DNA from: Patescibacteria group bacterium
Lineage (GTDB): Bacteria > Patescibacteriota > Gracilibacteria > UBA1369 > PNNO01
DNA length: 64,000 nucleotides
Direction of reading: 5' to 3'
Assembly (NCBI GenBank): GCA_042568575.1
Contig: JBHPIO010000006.1
Location: 15,032-79,031, forward strand
Shown piece by piece: positions 8,893 to 18,292 of this stretch. Each line of letters starts with the position of its first letter. The first letter of the stretch is position 1. The translations under genes and the position numbers were made by a program. The notes below the pieces were generated by a model, which was not told the DNA's origin, ran no database searches, and saw only the letters and a list, made by a program, of their open reading frames with translations.

Positions 8893-10299
8893 TTACTCTT
8901 CAAACTTGTAAGTAACTCCCGGTTCCATATCGATCTCGTCCTGTTTTTCAGGAATATTTTCGACAACGTCTTCTTTCTTAACTTTCTTAGCTGGAGCTTT
9001 TGAAGACTTTGCATCTGCTTTCTTCGGCTTCGGATCAGCCTCAACTTTCACATCTTCTTTTTGCCAAATACTCTCTTTAAGAGCCTTGGCATTTTTTACG
9101 TCCGATCCTGAAATCACATCCGGATGTTCATCTGGGTGAATGTTCAGCCTTTTTGCCTGATATTCACGAACTTTTTGAATGATTTTTTGTTCTGTATCTT
9201 GAAGGTCACCATTTTTCATCTTGAATCCTGCAGCCTGGATATGCCCTCCCCCATCAAACATTTCCGCGATTACACTTGCATTGACAGATTCGCTTGTTGT
9301 CCTTACACTACACGAAATCACGCCGTCTTCGCGCTCCTTAATAAGGAGTACCACATCTGCACCTGGTGCGTTTGTCATTAATTCATCGATAATATCCCCT
9401 GTTTCTTCAGCCTGACTACTTGTTTCAACAAAATCCTGCTTACTAATTGTTGACCAAACAACTCTATAAAGTCTATCGTACTGAATTTTTGTAAGAACTC
9501 GCCCCCACAGTTTTAGCATTGTGAGGTTTTTCGTTTTATAAATATGTTGAATGATTTCCTGCTGCCTCGCACCATATCCAAGAAGGTGCGCCGCAGAAGC
9601 AAAAGCTTTTGGCGAAGTATTCGCATTTTGAAAACTTCCGGTATCGGTGATGATTCCAGCTAGCAAAAGAGTTGCTATATCCTCGTTGATAATCTCTTTA
9701 TCTTCAGCTTTTGCAAGACCCTCAATAATTGGAATAATAAGTTCAGTTGCAGAAGAAGCCATAATATCAATCAGGTTTATCTTCCCGAAATGATTATTGC
9801 TCACATGATGATCAATATTAATAACTGGGATCTGAGTGAATAGCCCAGCATTATCTTCATAAAGTTTCCCAAGTTGGGAAAGATCACCAGCATCAACCAC
9901 CATAATAAGGTCATACTTTGAAGGACCATAGTGATACGAGACCTCTCTTTCGCTTAGAGATCCATTTTTCGGCGAAATAATAATATTTATCTTATTGTCT
10001 TCAAGGTTCGTTTTAATAGTGTCGATTTTGGCTTTTGTGCAGTCCAAAGTCACAATAAAGTCATTCGATGTTACCAAATGGTCATCAATAACATTTGTAG
10101 TTGGGAGAAACTGATAAACATCAGGAATTGGATCCGCGCAAACCACAGTAACCTCTTTTTTAAGCTTTTTAAGCGCAAGAAATAAAGCCAAAGCCGAACC
10201 TATCGAATCACCATCCGGCGGAGACGACGGCATAATCAGAATTTTTTCACTCTTCTGAAGTAACTGGATAATCTGACTTTGTATTTGCGTTTCGGCCAT
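8893..10299 (-). CDS. DHH/DHHA1 phosphoesterase (NrnA-like oligoribonuclease/pAp phosphatase)
   Basis: PDGDSIGS, VVDAG, NIDHH, GIITDTGSF, GGGHIQAAG, plus a low-complexity C-terminal tail. Confidence 0.9.
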   Translation of the reverse strand: MAETQIQSQIIQLLQKSEKILIMPSSPPDGDSIGSALALFLALKKLKKEVTVVCADPIPDVYQFLPTTNVIDDHLVTSNDFIVTLDCTKAKIDTIKTNLEDNKINIIISPKNGSLSEREVSYHYGPSKYDLIMVVDAGDLSQLGKLYEDNAGLFTQIPVINIDHHVSNNHFGKINLIDIMASSATELIIPIIEGLAKAEDKEIINEDIATLLLAGIITDTGSFQNANTSPKAFASAAHLLGYGARQQEIIQHIYKTKNLTMLKLWGRVLTKIQYDRLYRVVWSTISKQDFVETSSQAEETGDIIDELMTNAPGADVVLLIKEREDGVISCSVRTTSESVNASVIAEMFDGGGHIQAAGFKMKNGDLQDTEQKIIQKVREYQAKRLNIHPDEHPDVISGSDVKNAKALKESIWQKEDVKVEADPKPKKADAKSSKAPAKKVKKEDVVENIPEKQDEIDMEPGVTYKFEE

Positions 10300-10323
10300 C
10301 TAGAAAATTAAAATGATTATAGT

Positions 10324-10352
10324 ATTATAAAAGTTTTTTCGCCCAATGTCAA
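10324..10352 (-). promoter_or_regulatory. Perfect-consensus sigma70 promoter for the DHH gene
   Basis: TTGACA-17bp-TATAAT on the minus strand. Confidence 0.8.
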
Positions 10353-10421
10353 CCATCGCGCACTAATAACAGGAAGGCGTAAAAATATCAAAACCTTGCC
10401 CTAAAAGCAACTAAAAATGAC

Positions 10422-12128
10422 TTACTGAGAAGAGTCTGAGAAATCCACAATCTTCATCTGAAGAGACTTTCTGCCTTTCCACTCGTTTCGTTCTAATTGA
10501 AACACTATATCGAGTGACCTATGAGTTCGAACAAAATCGGTAAATCCTCCCATATTAAAGGCGATTCCTTTTAGTCTTGTGCCGTCTTTGGAGACATCAA
10601 TACTCAAATGATTATGCTCTTTGCCTACACTTTTCGCCTCATTAATTTCTGCATCTTTCAAAACGAATTTAGGCCTTTCATTAGCGATTCCGAAAGGCTC
10701 AAGAGATTCTATCAGTTCAACAGTTTCCCAACTAAGTTCATCTGATTTTATTTCACAATCAATAGATAAAGGCTGTTGTAGATCACATTTTTTAAGCTTA
10801 TTTTTTGTATATTTTTTGATATCAGTCATAAATGCCTTCAGATTCTCCTTTTTCAAACTAAATCCTGCCGCTTGTGCATGCCCTCCAAAATGATCCAGAT
10901 ACGAAGAACACTCCGTAATCGCCTCAACAATATTGAAAAATTGAGGACTTCTTGCTGAAGCAACGAGATAATCACCGAAATCCTGAAGAATAATTGATGG
11001 TTTTGAATATTTCTCTGACAATCTTCCTGCAACCAATCCAATTATTCCAACATGCCAATCTTTATCATAATGAATGATCATTTTCTCATCCGGACTACTT
11101 CTTTCCTCTTCCTTATAACGTCTTTCAGCTTCTTCAAATGCATCCGCAAGCATGATTTGCCGTTTTTTGTTGAGAGTTTCCAATTTATTTGCCAGTTTCT
11201 TAGCATTTTCTGTTTCTCCTCCCTGAATAAGTAATTGTAAAGCATAATAAGGAGAATCGATTCTGCCCGCCGCATTTATTCGCGGTGCAATTTGATATCC
11301 AATATTATACGTGCTCAGTTTTTTGGTACCATCAATTCCTGCAATTTCCTGCAAAAACTTAAGACCTTCCCATTTGGTTTGGGGAAGCATTTCTAGCCCT
11401 TTTTTAACTATCAATCTATTCTCTCCAACAATCGGCCCACAATCTGCAACCGTTCCAAGACTTGCCAAATCAAGAAGTGCAAAGATAAGAGAGTTGTCAT
11501 CTTCACCATGGCCATCGTGCCTTAGAAGCGCATGAGCAAGTTTAAACGCAACTCCTGCACCTGTTAAATCTTTAAATGGATAGTTGCTATCTGGACGCGC
11601 TGGGTGCAGCACTTCGTATGCTGCTTCGGGGTAGTTTTGCGGAATTTGGTGGTGGTCTGTGATTATTGTTTCTACGCCTTTTTCTTTTGCTATTGCCACT
11701 TCTTTTGCATTCGAAATTCCGCAGTCAACGGTAATCAACAAAGTTACTCCTGCCTCCTTAAATTCATCAATAAATTTTTCGTTCAGTCCGTACCCATCAT
11801 TTAAACGATGTGGCAGACGATATGAAACTTCCGCACCAAGGTGCTGCAGAGTTAGTACAAGAATTGCACAACCACTTATTCCATCAACATCGTAGTCACC
11901 ATAGACAATTATTCTTTCCTTATTTTTAATTGCTTTTTCAATCCTCTCAACTGCTCTATCCATCCCTCCCATTAAATAGGGATCGTGAAAATCTTTATTA
12001 AAATCCGGCTTTAAAAATAAAGCAAGATCATCGGGATCGCTTAGCCCACGATTCGCAAGTATCTTATCAATAACACTTTTATTGCCGTCAGCATTTTTAA
12101 TTTCCCATTTTTTCCCTAGAACAGACAT
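10422..12128 (-). CDS. recJ: Single-stranded-DNA exonuclease RecJ
   Basis: YGDYDVDG, GYGL, TVDCG, ITDHH, GTVAD, PRINAAGR, GGHAQAAG, LEPFG and a C-terminal OB fold. Confidence 0.97.
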   Translation of the reverse strand: MSVLGKKWEIKNADGNKSVIDKILANRGLSDPDDLALFLKPDFNKDFHDPYLMGGMDRAVERIEKAIKNKERIIVYGDYDVDGISGCAILVLTLQHLGAEVSYRLPHRLNDGYGLNEKFIDEFKEAGVTLLITVDCGISNAKEVAIAKEKGVETIITDHHQIPQNYPEAAYEVLHPARPDSNYPFKDLTGAGVAFKLAHALLRHDGHGEDDNSLIFALLDLASLGTVADCGPIVGENRLIVKKGLEMLPQTKWEGLKFLQEIAGIDGTKKLSTYNIGYQIAPRINAAGRIDSPYYALQLLIQGGETENAKKLANKLETLNKKRQIMLADAFEEAERRYKEEERSSPDEKMIIHYDKDWHVGIIGLVAGRLSEKYSKPSIILQDFGDYLVASARSPQFFNIVEAITECSSYLDHFGGHAQAAGFSLKKENLKAFMTDIKKYTKNKLKKCDLQQPLSIDCEIKSDELSWETVELIESLEPFGIANERPKFVLKDAEINEAKSVGKEHNHLSIDVSKDGTRLKGIAFNMGGFTDFVRTHRSLDIVFQLERNEWKGRKSLQMKIVDFSDSSQ

Positions 12129-12137
12129 TATATTAGA

Positions 12138-13070
12138 TTATCCTGCATATTTCTCTCCTGGAAGCCAAGTTACTTCAGGTTCCTTCTTAAACCATGTTAT
12201 CTGTCTTTTGGCATAATTCCTAGTGTTTTTCTGAAGCCAGCCTAAGGCTTCTTCAAGGGTTCTTTCCCCATTGATGTATGAAATCATTTCTGGATAGCCA
12301 AGTGAGGACATTGAAGATAGTGAAAGATCAAATCCCTTATCCAAAAGTCCCTGAGTTTCTTCAATAAGCCCTTTTTCCACTTGTATCCCAGCTCTCTTAT
12401 CAATTCGTTCATAAAGTTTTTCACGCGGCCAGTCTATTCCAAATCTTAAGATATGATATTCAGGATCACCTTTCTTCTGGATATCCCCTCCAAATTTCGC
12501 AATCTCAATAGCACGAATTACATATCTATGATTATTTGGATGGATTTTTTTTGCTGCTTCCGGATCTAGCTTTTTCAGCTTTTCATAAACATAATCCCCG
12601 CCTTTTTTCTCAATTTCTTTTCTAAGTTTTTCGCGAAATTTCTCATTTGGTGGAATTCTTGGAATTGCGTAATTTTCGCAAATTGCACGAATATACAAAC
12701 CAGTTCCTCCAATGAGTATAGGAAGTTTTCCTCTTTGGTGAATATCTTTAATATGCTCTTTTGCTTTATCAACAAAATTAGCCAATGAAAATTCTTGATC
12801 AGGTTCAACAAAATCTAACATATAATGCGGCACGCCTTCCATTTCTTCCGGCATAACTTTCGCTGTGCCAATATCCATATACTTATAAATCTGCCTGGAA
12901 TCAGTTGAGATCACTTCTCCATCATATTTTTTTGCAATTTTAATACTTAAATCTGTTTTACCAGAAGCGGTCGCGCCGAGAATGACCAGCAAAGGTGGAA
13001 GCCCAACTTTTTTTGATTCTTCTAGGAATTTTTCGGTTTTCTTATAAACATCCACGTCTTCTGAGTGCAT
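12138..13070 (-). CDS. miaA: tRNA dimethylallyltransferase
   Basis: GATASGKT, DSRQIY..MDIGTAK, GGTGLY, TRNYAKRQITWF. Confidence 0.97.
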   Translation of the reverse strand: MHSEDVDVYKKTEKFLEESKKVGLPPLLVILGATASGKTDLSIKIAKKYDGEVISTDSRQIYKYMDIGTAKVMPEEMEGVPHYMLDFVEPDQEFSLANFVDKAKEHIKDIHQRGKLPILIGGTGLYIRAICENYAIPRIPPNEKFREKLRKEIEKKGGDYVYEKLKKLDPEAAKKIHPNNHRYVIRAIEIAKFGGDIQKKGDPEYHILRFGIDWPREKLYERIDKRAGIQVEKGLIEETQGLLDKGFDLSLSSMSSLGYPEMISYINGERTLEEALGWLQKNTRNYAKRQITWFKKEPEVTWLPGEKYAG

Positions 13071-13157
13071 AATATTTCTTTAATTCGGACTTATTTATAC
13101 CAAATTAGTTGACGAAAAGCAAGAAAAGGGTTTAAAATCATCTCCTTAATTTGAAAT

Positions 13158-13313
13158 ATGTCATCTGAATCTGAACAAGAAGCACAACTGCAAGAACAAC
13201 TTGACGCTGTAAAAGAAGCTTTCTTTAAACAACTTAAATATTTTTTAGAAAACGAAGCAGCAAGCGAACTATTTGATGGGTTGCAACGATTAAAACGATC
13301 AGCAGCTCTATAG
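13158..13313 (+). CDS. Small hypothetical helical protein (51 aa, not in ORF track)
   Basis: MSSESEQEAQLQEQLDAVKEAFFKQLKYFLENEAASELFDGLQRLKRSAAL*. A TTGACG..TAAAAT promoter-like pair lies upstream and the ORF is co-oriented with the next genes. Confidence 0.5.
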   Translation: MSSESEQEAQLQEQLDAVKEAFFKQLKYFLENEAASELFDGLQRLKRSAAL

Positions 13314-13335
13314 TGATCCAAGTAAATTTAAATTT

Positions 13336-13722
13336 ATGTTGTTTAGAGCCGTATCATTAGAAAAGCAGCCAACCCTCAAATTATTTTTAGAAAGTTATAA
13401 TGGAGAAGATAATGTAAATATTCCGCTTTCTTCAATTGAAGCTCATGAAATTATTTCAAACCTAACTCCTGCTGATTATGCTGTGCTTTGTGAGCACGGG
13501 GCAAGAGAGTATATAGAACATATGAAGGATAGAGTTGCAAAACTAGATAGAGAGCTTGATGATCCTGAAATTTCTACTGAAAATGAACAAGTTGTATTGC
13601 AACTTCGGGATGTTGATGAATACGACATGCGTGTAATAGAGCGCTATTTAGAAGGAATAATGCATGGTACTAATACGGATTGGAGAAAAAAGGTCCCCCT
13701 TTACAGTGAAATAGGTGCGTAG
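13336..13722 (+). CDS. Hypothetical protein
   Basis: 128-aa ORF with protein-like composition and no recognised motif. Confidence 0.6.
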   Translation: MLFRAVSLEKQPTLKLFLESYNGEDNVNIPLSSIEAHEIISNLTPADYAVLCEHGAREYIEHMKDRVAKLDRELDDPEISTENEQVVLQLRDVDEYDMRVIERYLEGIMHGTNTDWRKKVPLYSEIGA

Positions 13723-13734
13723 TAGGATGTGGAT

Positions 13735-15387
13735 ATGAGAACTCAAAATTGCCTTAGAACAAAACAGGAATTCGTATTTGCCGACAAGGAAATAGATCTT
13801 TGTAAAAAAATGGATGTTCTTTTGCCTAAGTTGTCTCCTCAAGAAAGGTTACGAGATGTGATGGCAACAAGAAATGAGTGGAAATTATATAGAAGAAAAT
13901 GCGATTTCACTGGAGACGAAATAATAAGCGCCTATAACAAGGATACTGTTTTTCCTGTATATAAAAATGAAATTTGGTGGGGTGATGAATGGGATCCAAT
14001 TGAGTATGGCAGGGATTTTGATTTCTCCAGGCCATTTTTTGAACAATTTAAAGAGTTACAAAACGTGGTGCCTCGAGAAGGTACTACTGTTTTTAATTGT
14101 GAAAATTGTGATTACAACAGCCACATTCGTGAATCACGCAATTCATATTTAAATTCACTTGTATATAAATGTGAAGATCTCTTCTATTCATACTGGATGG
14201 TAAATGATAAAGATGTTTTTGATTCAATGTACACAAATGACAGTACCCGTTGTTACTTCTGCAGTGATGTAAATGGTGGATATAATTGTGTTGCTTTGGA
14301 GGAATCAACAAATTGTAATGACTGTTATTTCTCATATCAATTGCGCGGTTGTAAAAACTGCTTATTTTGTAGCAATCTAACAAATAAGGAGTATTACGTG
14401 TTTAATAAGAAATGTTCAAAAGAAGAGTTTGAAAGTGAAAAAAAGAAAGTTTTAAATGGTTCAAGAAAGTCATGGCAAGAAGCTTATGATTATTTCTTAA
14501 ACGAAGTTAAGAAAAAAGCGGTACAAAGATATGTGCATAATTTAAACTGCGAAAATGTTACTGGTGATCATGTTTACAATTCGAAGAATTGCGTAAATTG
14601 TTTTGAAAGTTTTGACGCTGAGGATGGCTTTAATTCAATATCTTTGTCTGGATCAAGAGATGCCCACAACTCATATTCTGCAGGATGGCCAGGTTGTGAC
14701 AAGATACATTATTCAGCTGTAACAAGAGGCTCAACTGACATTGCCTTTTGTAGTTACACATGGTCTTCAAGTTCACTTCGATATTGTGACAGCTGCAATT
14801 CGTGCGAAAACTGTTTTGGTTGTATCGGACTTAAACATAAAAAATACTGCATTCTGAATAAACAGTATTCTAAAGAAGAATATGAAAAATTAGTACCGCG
14901 AATTATTGAACATATGAAAAAAAACAATGAATGGGGAATGTTTTTCCCACCTAATATGTCTGTTTTTGCTTATAATGAAACTGCTGCCCAAGATTTCTTC
15001 CCGTTAGAAAAAGGGGAAATTTTAGAACTTGGATGGAAATGGAAAGAAAAAGACGCAAAGGACTATCAAGCAACAAGTATAAGTGAAATTCCTGACAATA
15101 TTTCTGATATTAAAGATGATTTTACTAAAGAAGTTTTAGCGTGTTCTGAATGTGGAAAAAACTATAAAATTGTTCCAAAAGAACTACAATTCTACCGATT
15201 AATGAACTTACCTATACCAATAAAGTGCCCTGAATGTAGACATACTTCGCGTTTCAGCAGAAAGAACCCCTTAGCGCTATTTGAACGTAAATGCGATAGA
15301 TGTAATGAAGATATTGATAGTAGTTATTCTTCTGATCGTGAAGAAACTGTTTATTGTGAAAAATGCTATCTTGAATCAATTGATTAA
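13735..15387 (+). CDS. Cysteine-rich (CxxC-repeat) protein of a family common in CPR genomes
   Basis: LYRRKCD, WWGDEWDP, YGRDFDFSRPFFEQF, many CxxC-F/Y repeats, CFGCIGLKHKKYCILNKQYSKEEY, AYNETAAQ and C-terminal zinc-ribbon motifs (CPECR, YCEKCY). Confidence 0.85.
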   Translation: MRTQNCLRTKQEFVFADKEIDLCKKMDVLLPKLSPQERLRDVMATRNEWKLYRRKCDFTGDEIISAYNKDTVFPVYKNEIWWGDEWDPIEYGRDFDFSRPFFEQFKELQNVVPREGTTVFNCENCDYNSHIRESRNSYLNSLVYKCEDLFYSYWMVNDKDVFDSMYTNDSTRCYFCSDVNGGYNCVALEESTNCNDCYFSYQLRGCKNCLFCSNLTNKEYYVFNKKCSKEEFESEKKKVLNGSRKSWQEAYDYFLNEVKKKAVQRYVHNLNCENVTGDHVYNSKNCVNCFESFDAEDGFNSISLSGSRDAHNSYSAGWPGCDKIHYSAVTRGSTDIAFCSYTWSSSSLRYCDSCNSCENCFGCIGLKHKKYCILNKQYSKEEYEKLVPRIIEHMKKNNEWGMFFPPNMSVFAYNETAAQDFFPLEKGEILELGWKWKEKDAKDYQATSISEIPDNISDIKDDFTKEVLACSECGKNYKIVPKELQFYRLMNLPIPIKCPECRHTSRFSRKNPLALFERKCDRCNEDIDSSYSSDREETVYCEKCYLESID

Positions 15388-15394
15388 TTTTTAT

Positions 15395-15422
15395 TTGACT
15401 TTCCTTTATAGATAAGTAGAAT
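15395..15422 (+). promoter_or_regulatory. Promoter of rplJ-rplL
   Basis: TTGACT-16bp-TAGAAT directly before the leader RNA. Confidence 0.65.
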
Positions 15423-15428
15423 GGTCAT

Positions 15429-15540
15429 CGTCAGAGACAGCCGGTTGCAGGCATTCTAAATGCTCGCGTAAATCCTGCCGAGACGCATAAATCAAACAAT
15501 TCTTGATATTGCGGCTCGTCTGAAAGCCGCTTTTTTTTTA
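15429..15540 (+). ncRNA. Ribosomal protein L10 leader (cis-regulatory RNA) with attenuator hairpin
   Basis: CGTC-AGAGACAGCCGG...TAAATCCTGCCGA-GACG resembles the L10-leader core. It is followed by the hairpin GCGGCT..AGCCGC and a T9 tract just before rplJ. Confidence 0.75.
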
Positions 15541-15552
15541 ACTATCAGAAAT

Positions 15553-16383
15553 ATGGCTGTTACAAAAGAGAAAAAACAAGAAATCCTCAAAGAACTCACA
15601 GGTTTGTTTGAAAACGCAAAATCAGTTGTATTTTCGGACTACAAAGGTGTGAGCGTTAAAGACTTTGGCGACCTTAGAAGCAAACTTCGTGAAAAAGAAG
15701 TAGCTTATAAAGTTGCTAAAAAAACACTGATTAAACTTGCTGCTGAGCAAGCAGGTTTTAAGGATCTACCTGAAGGAGTACTAGAAGGTCAGGTTGGAGT
15801 TGCATTTGCTCAAAACGACGAAGTTGCAGCTGCAAAAACACTTTTCGAATTCTCAAAAGATCATAAAAATGTGAAACTTCTTGGGGCTTTAATGGAAGGC
15901 CGCACTCTAACACAAGAGGAAACACTGGAACTTGCGAAGATTCCTGGAAAAGAAGAACTTCTTGCAAGATTGGTTGGATCAATGAACTCTCCAATCAGTG
16001 GATTCCACGGAGTACTTTCTTCACTTCTACGAAACTTTGTTGGTGTTGTTTCTGCATATCAAGAGAAAGTTGAAAAAGAATCACCTGCGGAAGAAGCTCC
16101 TAAAGCTGAGGCGCCTGCTGCAGAAGAAGCAGCTCCGGCTGAAGACAAGCCTGCAACTGAAGAAGCTAAAGCAGACGAACCAAAAGCTGAAGATGCTCCA
16201 GCTGCGCCAGAAGCTGATGTCCCTGCGGAAGAAGCTGCGCCGGCTACTGAGGAAGCTAAAGCAGACGAACCAAAAGCGGATGACGCTAAGCCAGAAGGAG
16301 ACGACAAATCTGAGCCAGCTGCAGAACCTGAAGCTGAAGCTGCACCAGAAGATGATGCTCCTGCAGAAGAAGACAAACAATAA
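15553..16383 (+). CDS. rplJ: 50S ribosomal protein L10 with ~100-aa acidic Ala/Pro/Glu tail
   Basis: SVVFSDYKG, YKVAKKTL, LAKIPGKEELLARLVGSMNSP. Followed by rplL. Confidence 0.96.
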   Translation: MAVTKEKKQEILKELTGLFENAKSVVFSDYKGVSVKDFGDLRSKLREKEVAYKVAKKTLIKLAAEQAGFKDLPEGVLEGQVGVAFAQNDEVAAAKTLFEFSKDHKNVKLLGALMEGRTLTQEETLELAKIPGKEELLARLVGSMNSPISGFHGVLSSLLRNFVGVVSAYQEKVEKESPAEEAPKAEAPAAEEAAPAEDKPATEEAKADEPKAEDAPAAPEADVPAEEAAPATEEAKADEPKADDAKPEGDDKSEPAAEPEAEAAPEDDAPAEEDKQ

Positions 16384-16428
16384 TCTAAATTTAATTATAT
16401 TTTTATCAACCTTTAACTCATTTACACA

Positions 16429-16848
16429 ATGGCTGAAGAAACCAAAGAAGAAGTTAAAATCAGCAAGGATGCAGAAAAAATCCTCGACTTAGTTGAGAAA
16501 CTTTCTGTACTCGACCTTGCAAACCTTGTAAAAGCAATGGAAGACAAATTCGGTGTTAGCGCTGCTGCTCCAGTTATGATGGCTGGCGGAGCTCCTGCTG
16601 CTGGAGGCGGAGACGATGCTGGTGGAGACGATGCTGGTGGAAACGTTACTGTTGTTCTTGCTGCTGCAGGTGGACAAAAAGTTGCTGCTATCAAAGCGGT
16701 ACGTGAAATCACAGGTCTTGGTCTTAAAGAATCAAAAGACCTTGTAGACGGAGCACCAAAACCAATAAAAGAAAATGTACCTAAAGAAGAAGGTGAAGAA
16801 CTTAAGAAAAAACTAGAAGAAGCTGGTTGTACTGTAGAATTCAAATAA
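16429..16848 (+). CDS. rplL: 50S ribosomal protein L7/L12
   Basis: [37 protein letters not shown]. Confidence 0.97.
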   Translation: MAEETKEEVKISKDAEKILDLVEKLSVLDLANLVKAMEDKFGVSAAAPVMMAGGAPAAGGGDDAGGDDAGGNVTVVLAAAGGQKVAAIKAVREITGLGLKESKDLVDGAPKPIKENVPKEEGEELKKKLEEAGCTVEFK

Positions 16849-16866
16849 TCTACAAAGCAAAAAATC

Positions 16867-16904
16867 AATAAATCGCCTTCTTGCATGAGGAGGTGGTTTA
16901 TTTG
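16867..16904 (+). terminator. Probable intrinsic terminator after rplL
   Basis: AATAAATCGCCTTCTT-GCAT-GAGGAGGTGGTTTATT forms an imperfect stem ending in a T-rich tail. Confidence 0.6.
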
Positions 16905-16905
16905 T

Positions 16906-16971
16906 GAGTACCGGGTACTCGAAACCATCTCGCTTTTATAAGCCATTCTTACTGTTGTACCTGGTACTCGA
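16906..16971. repeat. Two palindromic GTACCNGGTAC sites (direct repeat GTACC[G/T]GGTACTCGA)
   Basis: Copies at 16908-16922 and 16957-16971, 49 bp apart. The first extends to the palindrome GAGTACC-G-GGTACTC. Confidence 0.7.
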
Positions 16972-16977
16972 TCATCT

Positions 16978-17006
16978 TTGACTTTTCCACTGAAATTTGG
17001 TAAAAT
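16978..17006 (+). promoter_or_regulatory. Promoter of the type IV pilus assembly operon
   Basis: TTGACT-17bp-TAAAAT with TG upstream of the -10. Confidence 0.7.
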
Positions 17007-17052
17007 ATAGGGAATATTTAAGAAATACTAAACAAAAATAAAAAACCTATAC

Positions 17053-18276
17053 ATGCCGTTATTCAAAATAAATAAATCCAAAAAAGCATCAAAGAAACCT
17101 GAAGCCAAGCCAGAGGAACAGGAAAACACTTACACAAATATTTTTGAGAAAAAAGAAGAGAAACCTAAAGAAACAGGTGAAGAAAGCGCAGTAATCTCAG
17201 GTGTTTATGCAAAAGAGGAAGAAAAAACTCAAGAAAAAGAGAATGTTCTTGGACCCCTTCCAGAGCTAGAACAGAAAATTGTTGGAGCTTATGATCCATC
17301 GAAACGAAATCTTAAAGTAATTCGAAGTTTATTCATTGGATTAATCGTAGTTTCGCTTTTGGGAATAGGATTCTTCTACACAGAGCTAAATCCTGATTTT
17401 GATCTATTAAGCAGCGTAAGAGGACCAAATACAACTCAGCAGCTTAATAATTCCAATGCACAAATTGTTACGCAACAAACATCAATCAATCAAAAAAACT
17501 ATCTACTCTTAAACTATTACTTACAAGAATTAAGCTATATTGCCGACAGTTACGGCAAAGCTCGAAGCGGACAAATCACTCCTCAGGAATTAATAACTCT
17601 TCAGGATCAATTTCTTATTACATACGAGAATGCTCTTACAAAATGGAAAGAGCCAATTGCCGTAGCAAACATCCCTGTTGCAACTTTTGAAGATGAACTT
17701 AAAATTGCACTTCAAGATGAATTGAAGCAACTAAGTAAGGAGACAAAATCACAAACCATACTTGCAGAGATAGATAATTACAGATCAACACATCAATTAA
17801 TTGGAAATCAACGACTGGCAACTTTCTTTTCAAAAGATACGGACGACATAAGAGGCGATCTTCCTCGTGATGACACAAAGCTTTATGCGTTAACAGAAGA
17901 AATTCTAGACATTCTAAATAATGACTTCAGCACAATTAGCACACTCAAACAAAACCGTATCGAATGGGCTGAGATAGTTAATGAAATCGAAAAAGTTACA
18001 AAAAGCGTTGATACTCTATATAACACTGGATTCTTTGAAGAACTAGGTGGAGTTCAATATGCATCTTACGATTTTGACGCAGGCTCAAACGAGATCATCC
18101 TTTCAGGAAAAGCAAAACGGGATGACGGAACTACGTTTAGCCTAATCGCAAACCTGATGGACGCTTTAGAGAAGTCAGAAATGTTTAAAAGTGTTGATAA
18201 CAGATCCTTCCCAAAAACTGGATCTGAAGATGAAGGATACGTATCACCTTTCCGCATCGAACTTACAATTGAATAA
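17053..18276 (+). CDS. PilN-like type IV pilus alignment protein (extended coiled-coil)
   Basis: Single TM helix, long helical region and a C-terminal PilN-like fold (RIEWAEIVNEI...IILSGKA...IANLMDALEKSEMFKSV). Lies upstream of PilO-like, pilB and pilC. Confidence 0.65.
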   Translation: MPLFKINKSKKASKKPEAKPEEQENTYTNIFEKKEEKPKETGEESAVISGVYAKEEEKTQEKENVLGPLPELEQKIVGAYDPSKRNLKVIRSLFIGLIVVSLLGIGFFYTELNPDFDLLSSVRGPNTTQQLNNSNAQIVTQQTSINQKNYLLLNYYLQELSYIADSYGKARSGQITPQELITLQDQFLITYENALTKWKEPIAVANIPVATFEDELKIALQDELKQLSKETKSQTILAEIDNYRSTHQLIGNQRLATFFSKDTDDIRGDLPRDDTKLYALTEEILDILNNDFSTISTLKQNRIEWAEIVNEIEKVTKSVDTLYNTGFFEELGGVQYASYDFDAGSNEIILSGKAKRDDGTTFSLIANLMDALEKSEMFKSVDNRSFPKTGSEDEGYVSPFRIELTIE

Positions 18277-18292
18277 ACTATAACTTACCGAA

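Noticed and set aside
13091-13321. 76-aa minus-strand ORF with CSCSC
   Set aside because: It is the antisense shadow of the more plausible plus-strand ORF 13158-13313.
15998-16946. Overlapping ORFs around rplJ/rplL (Ser/Ala-rich, Phe/Ser-rich, Lys/Leu-rich)
   Set aside because: Alternative-frame and antisense shadows of the low-complexity L10 tail and L7/L12.
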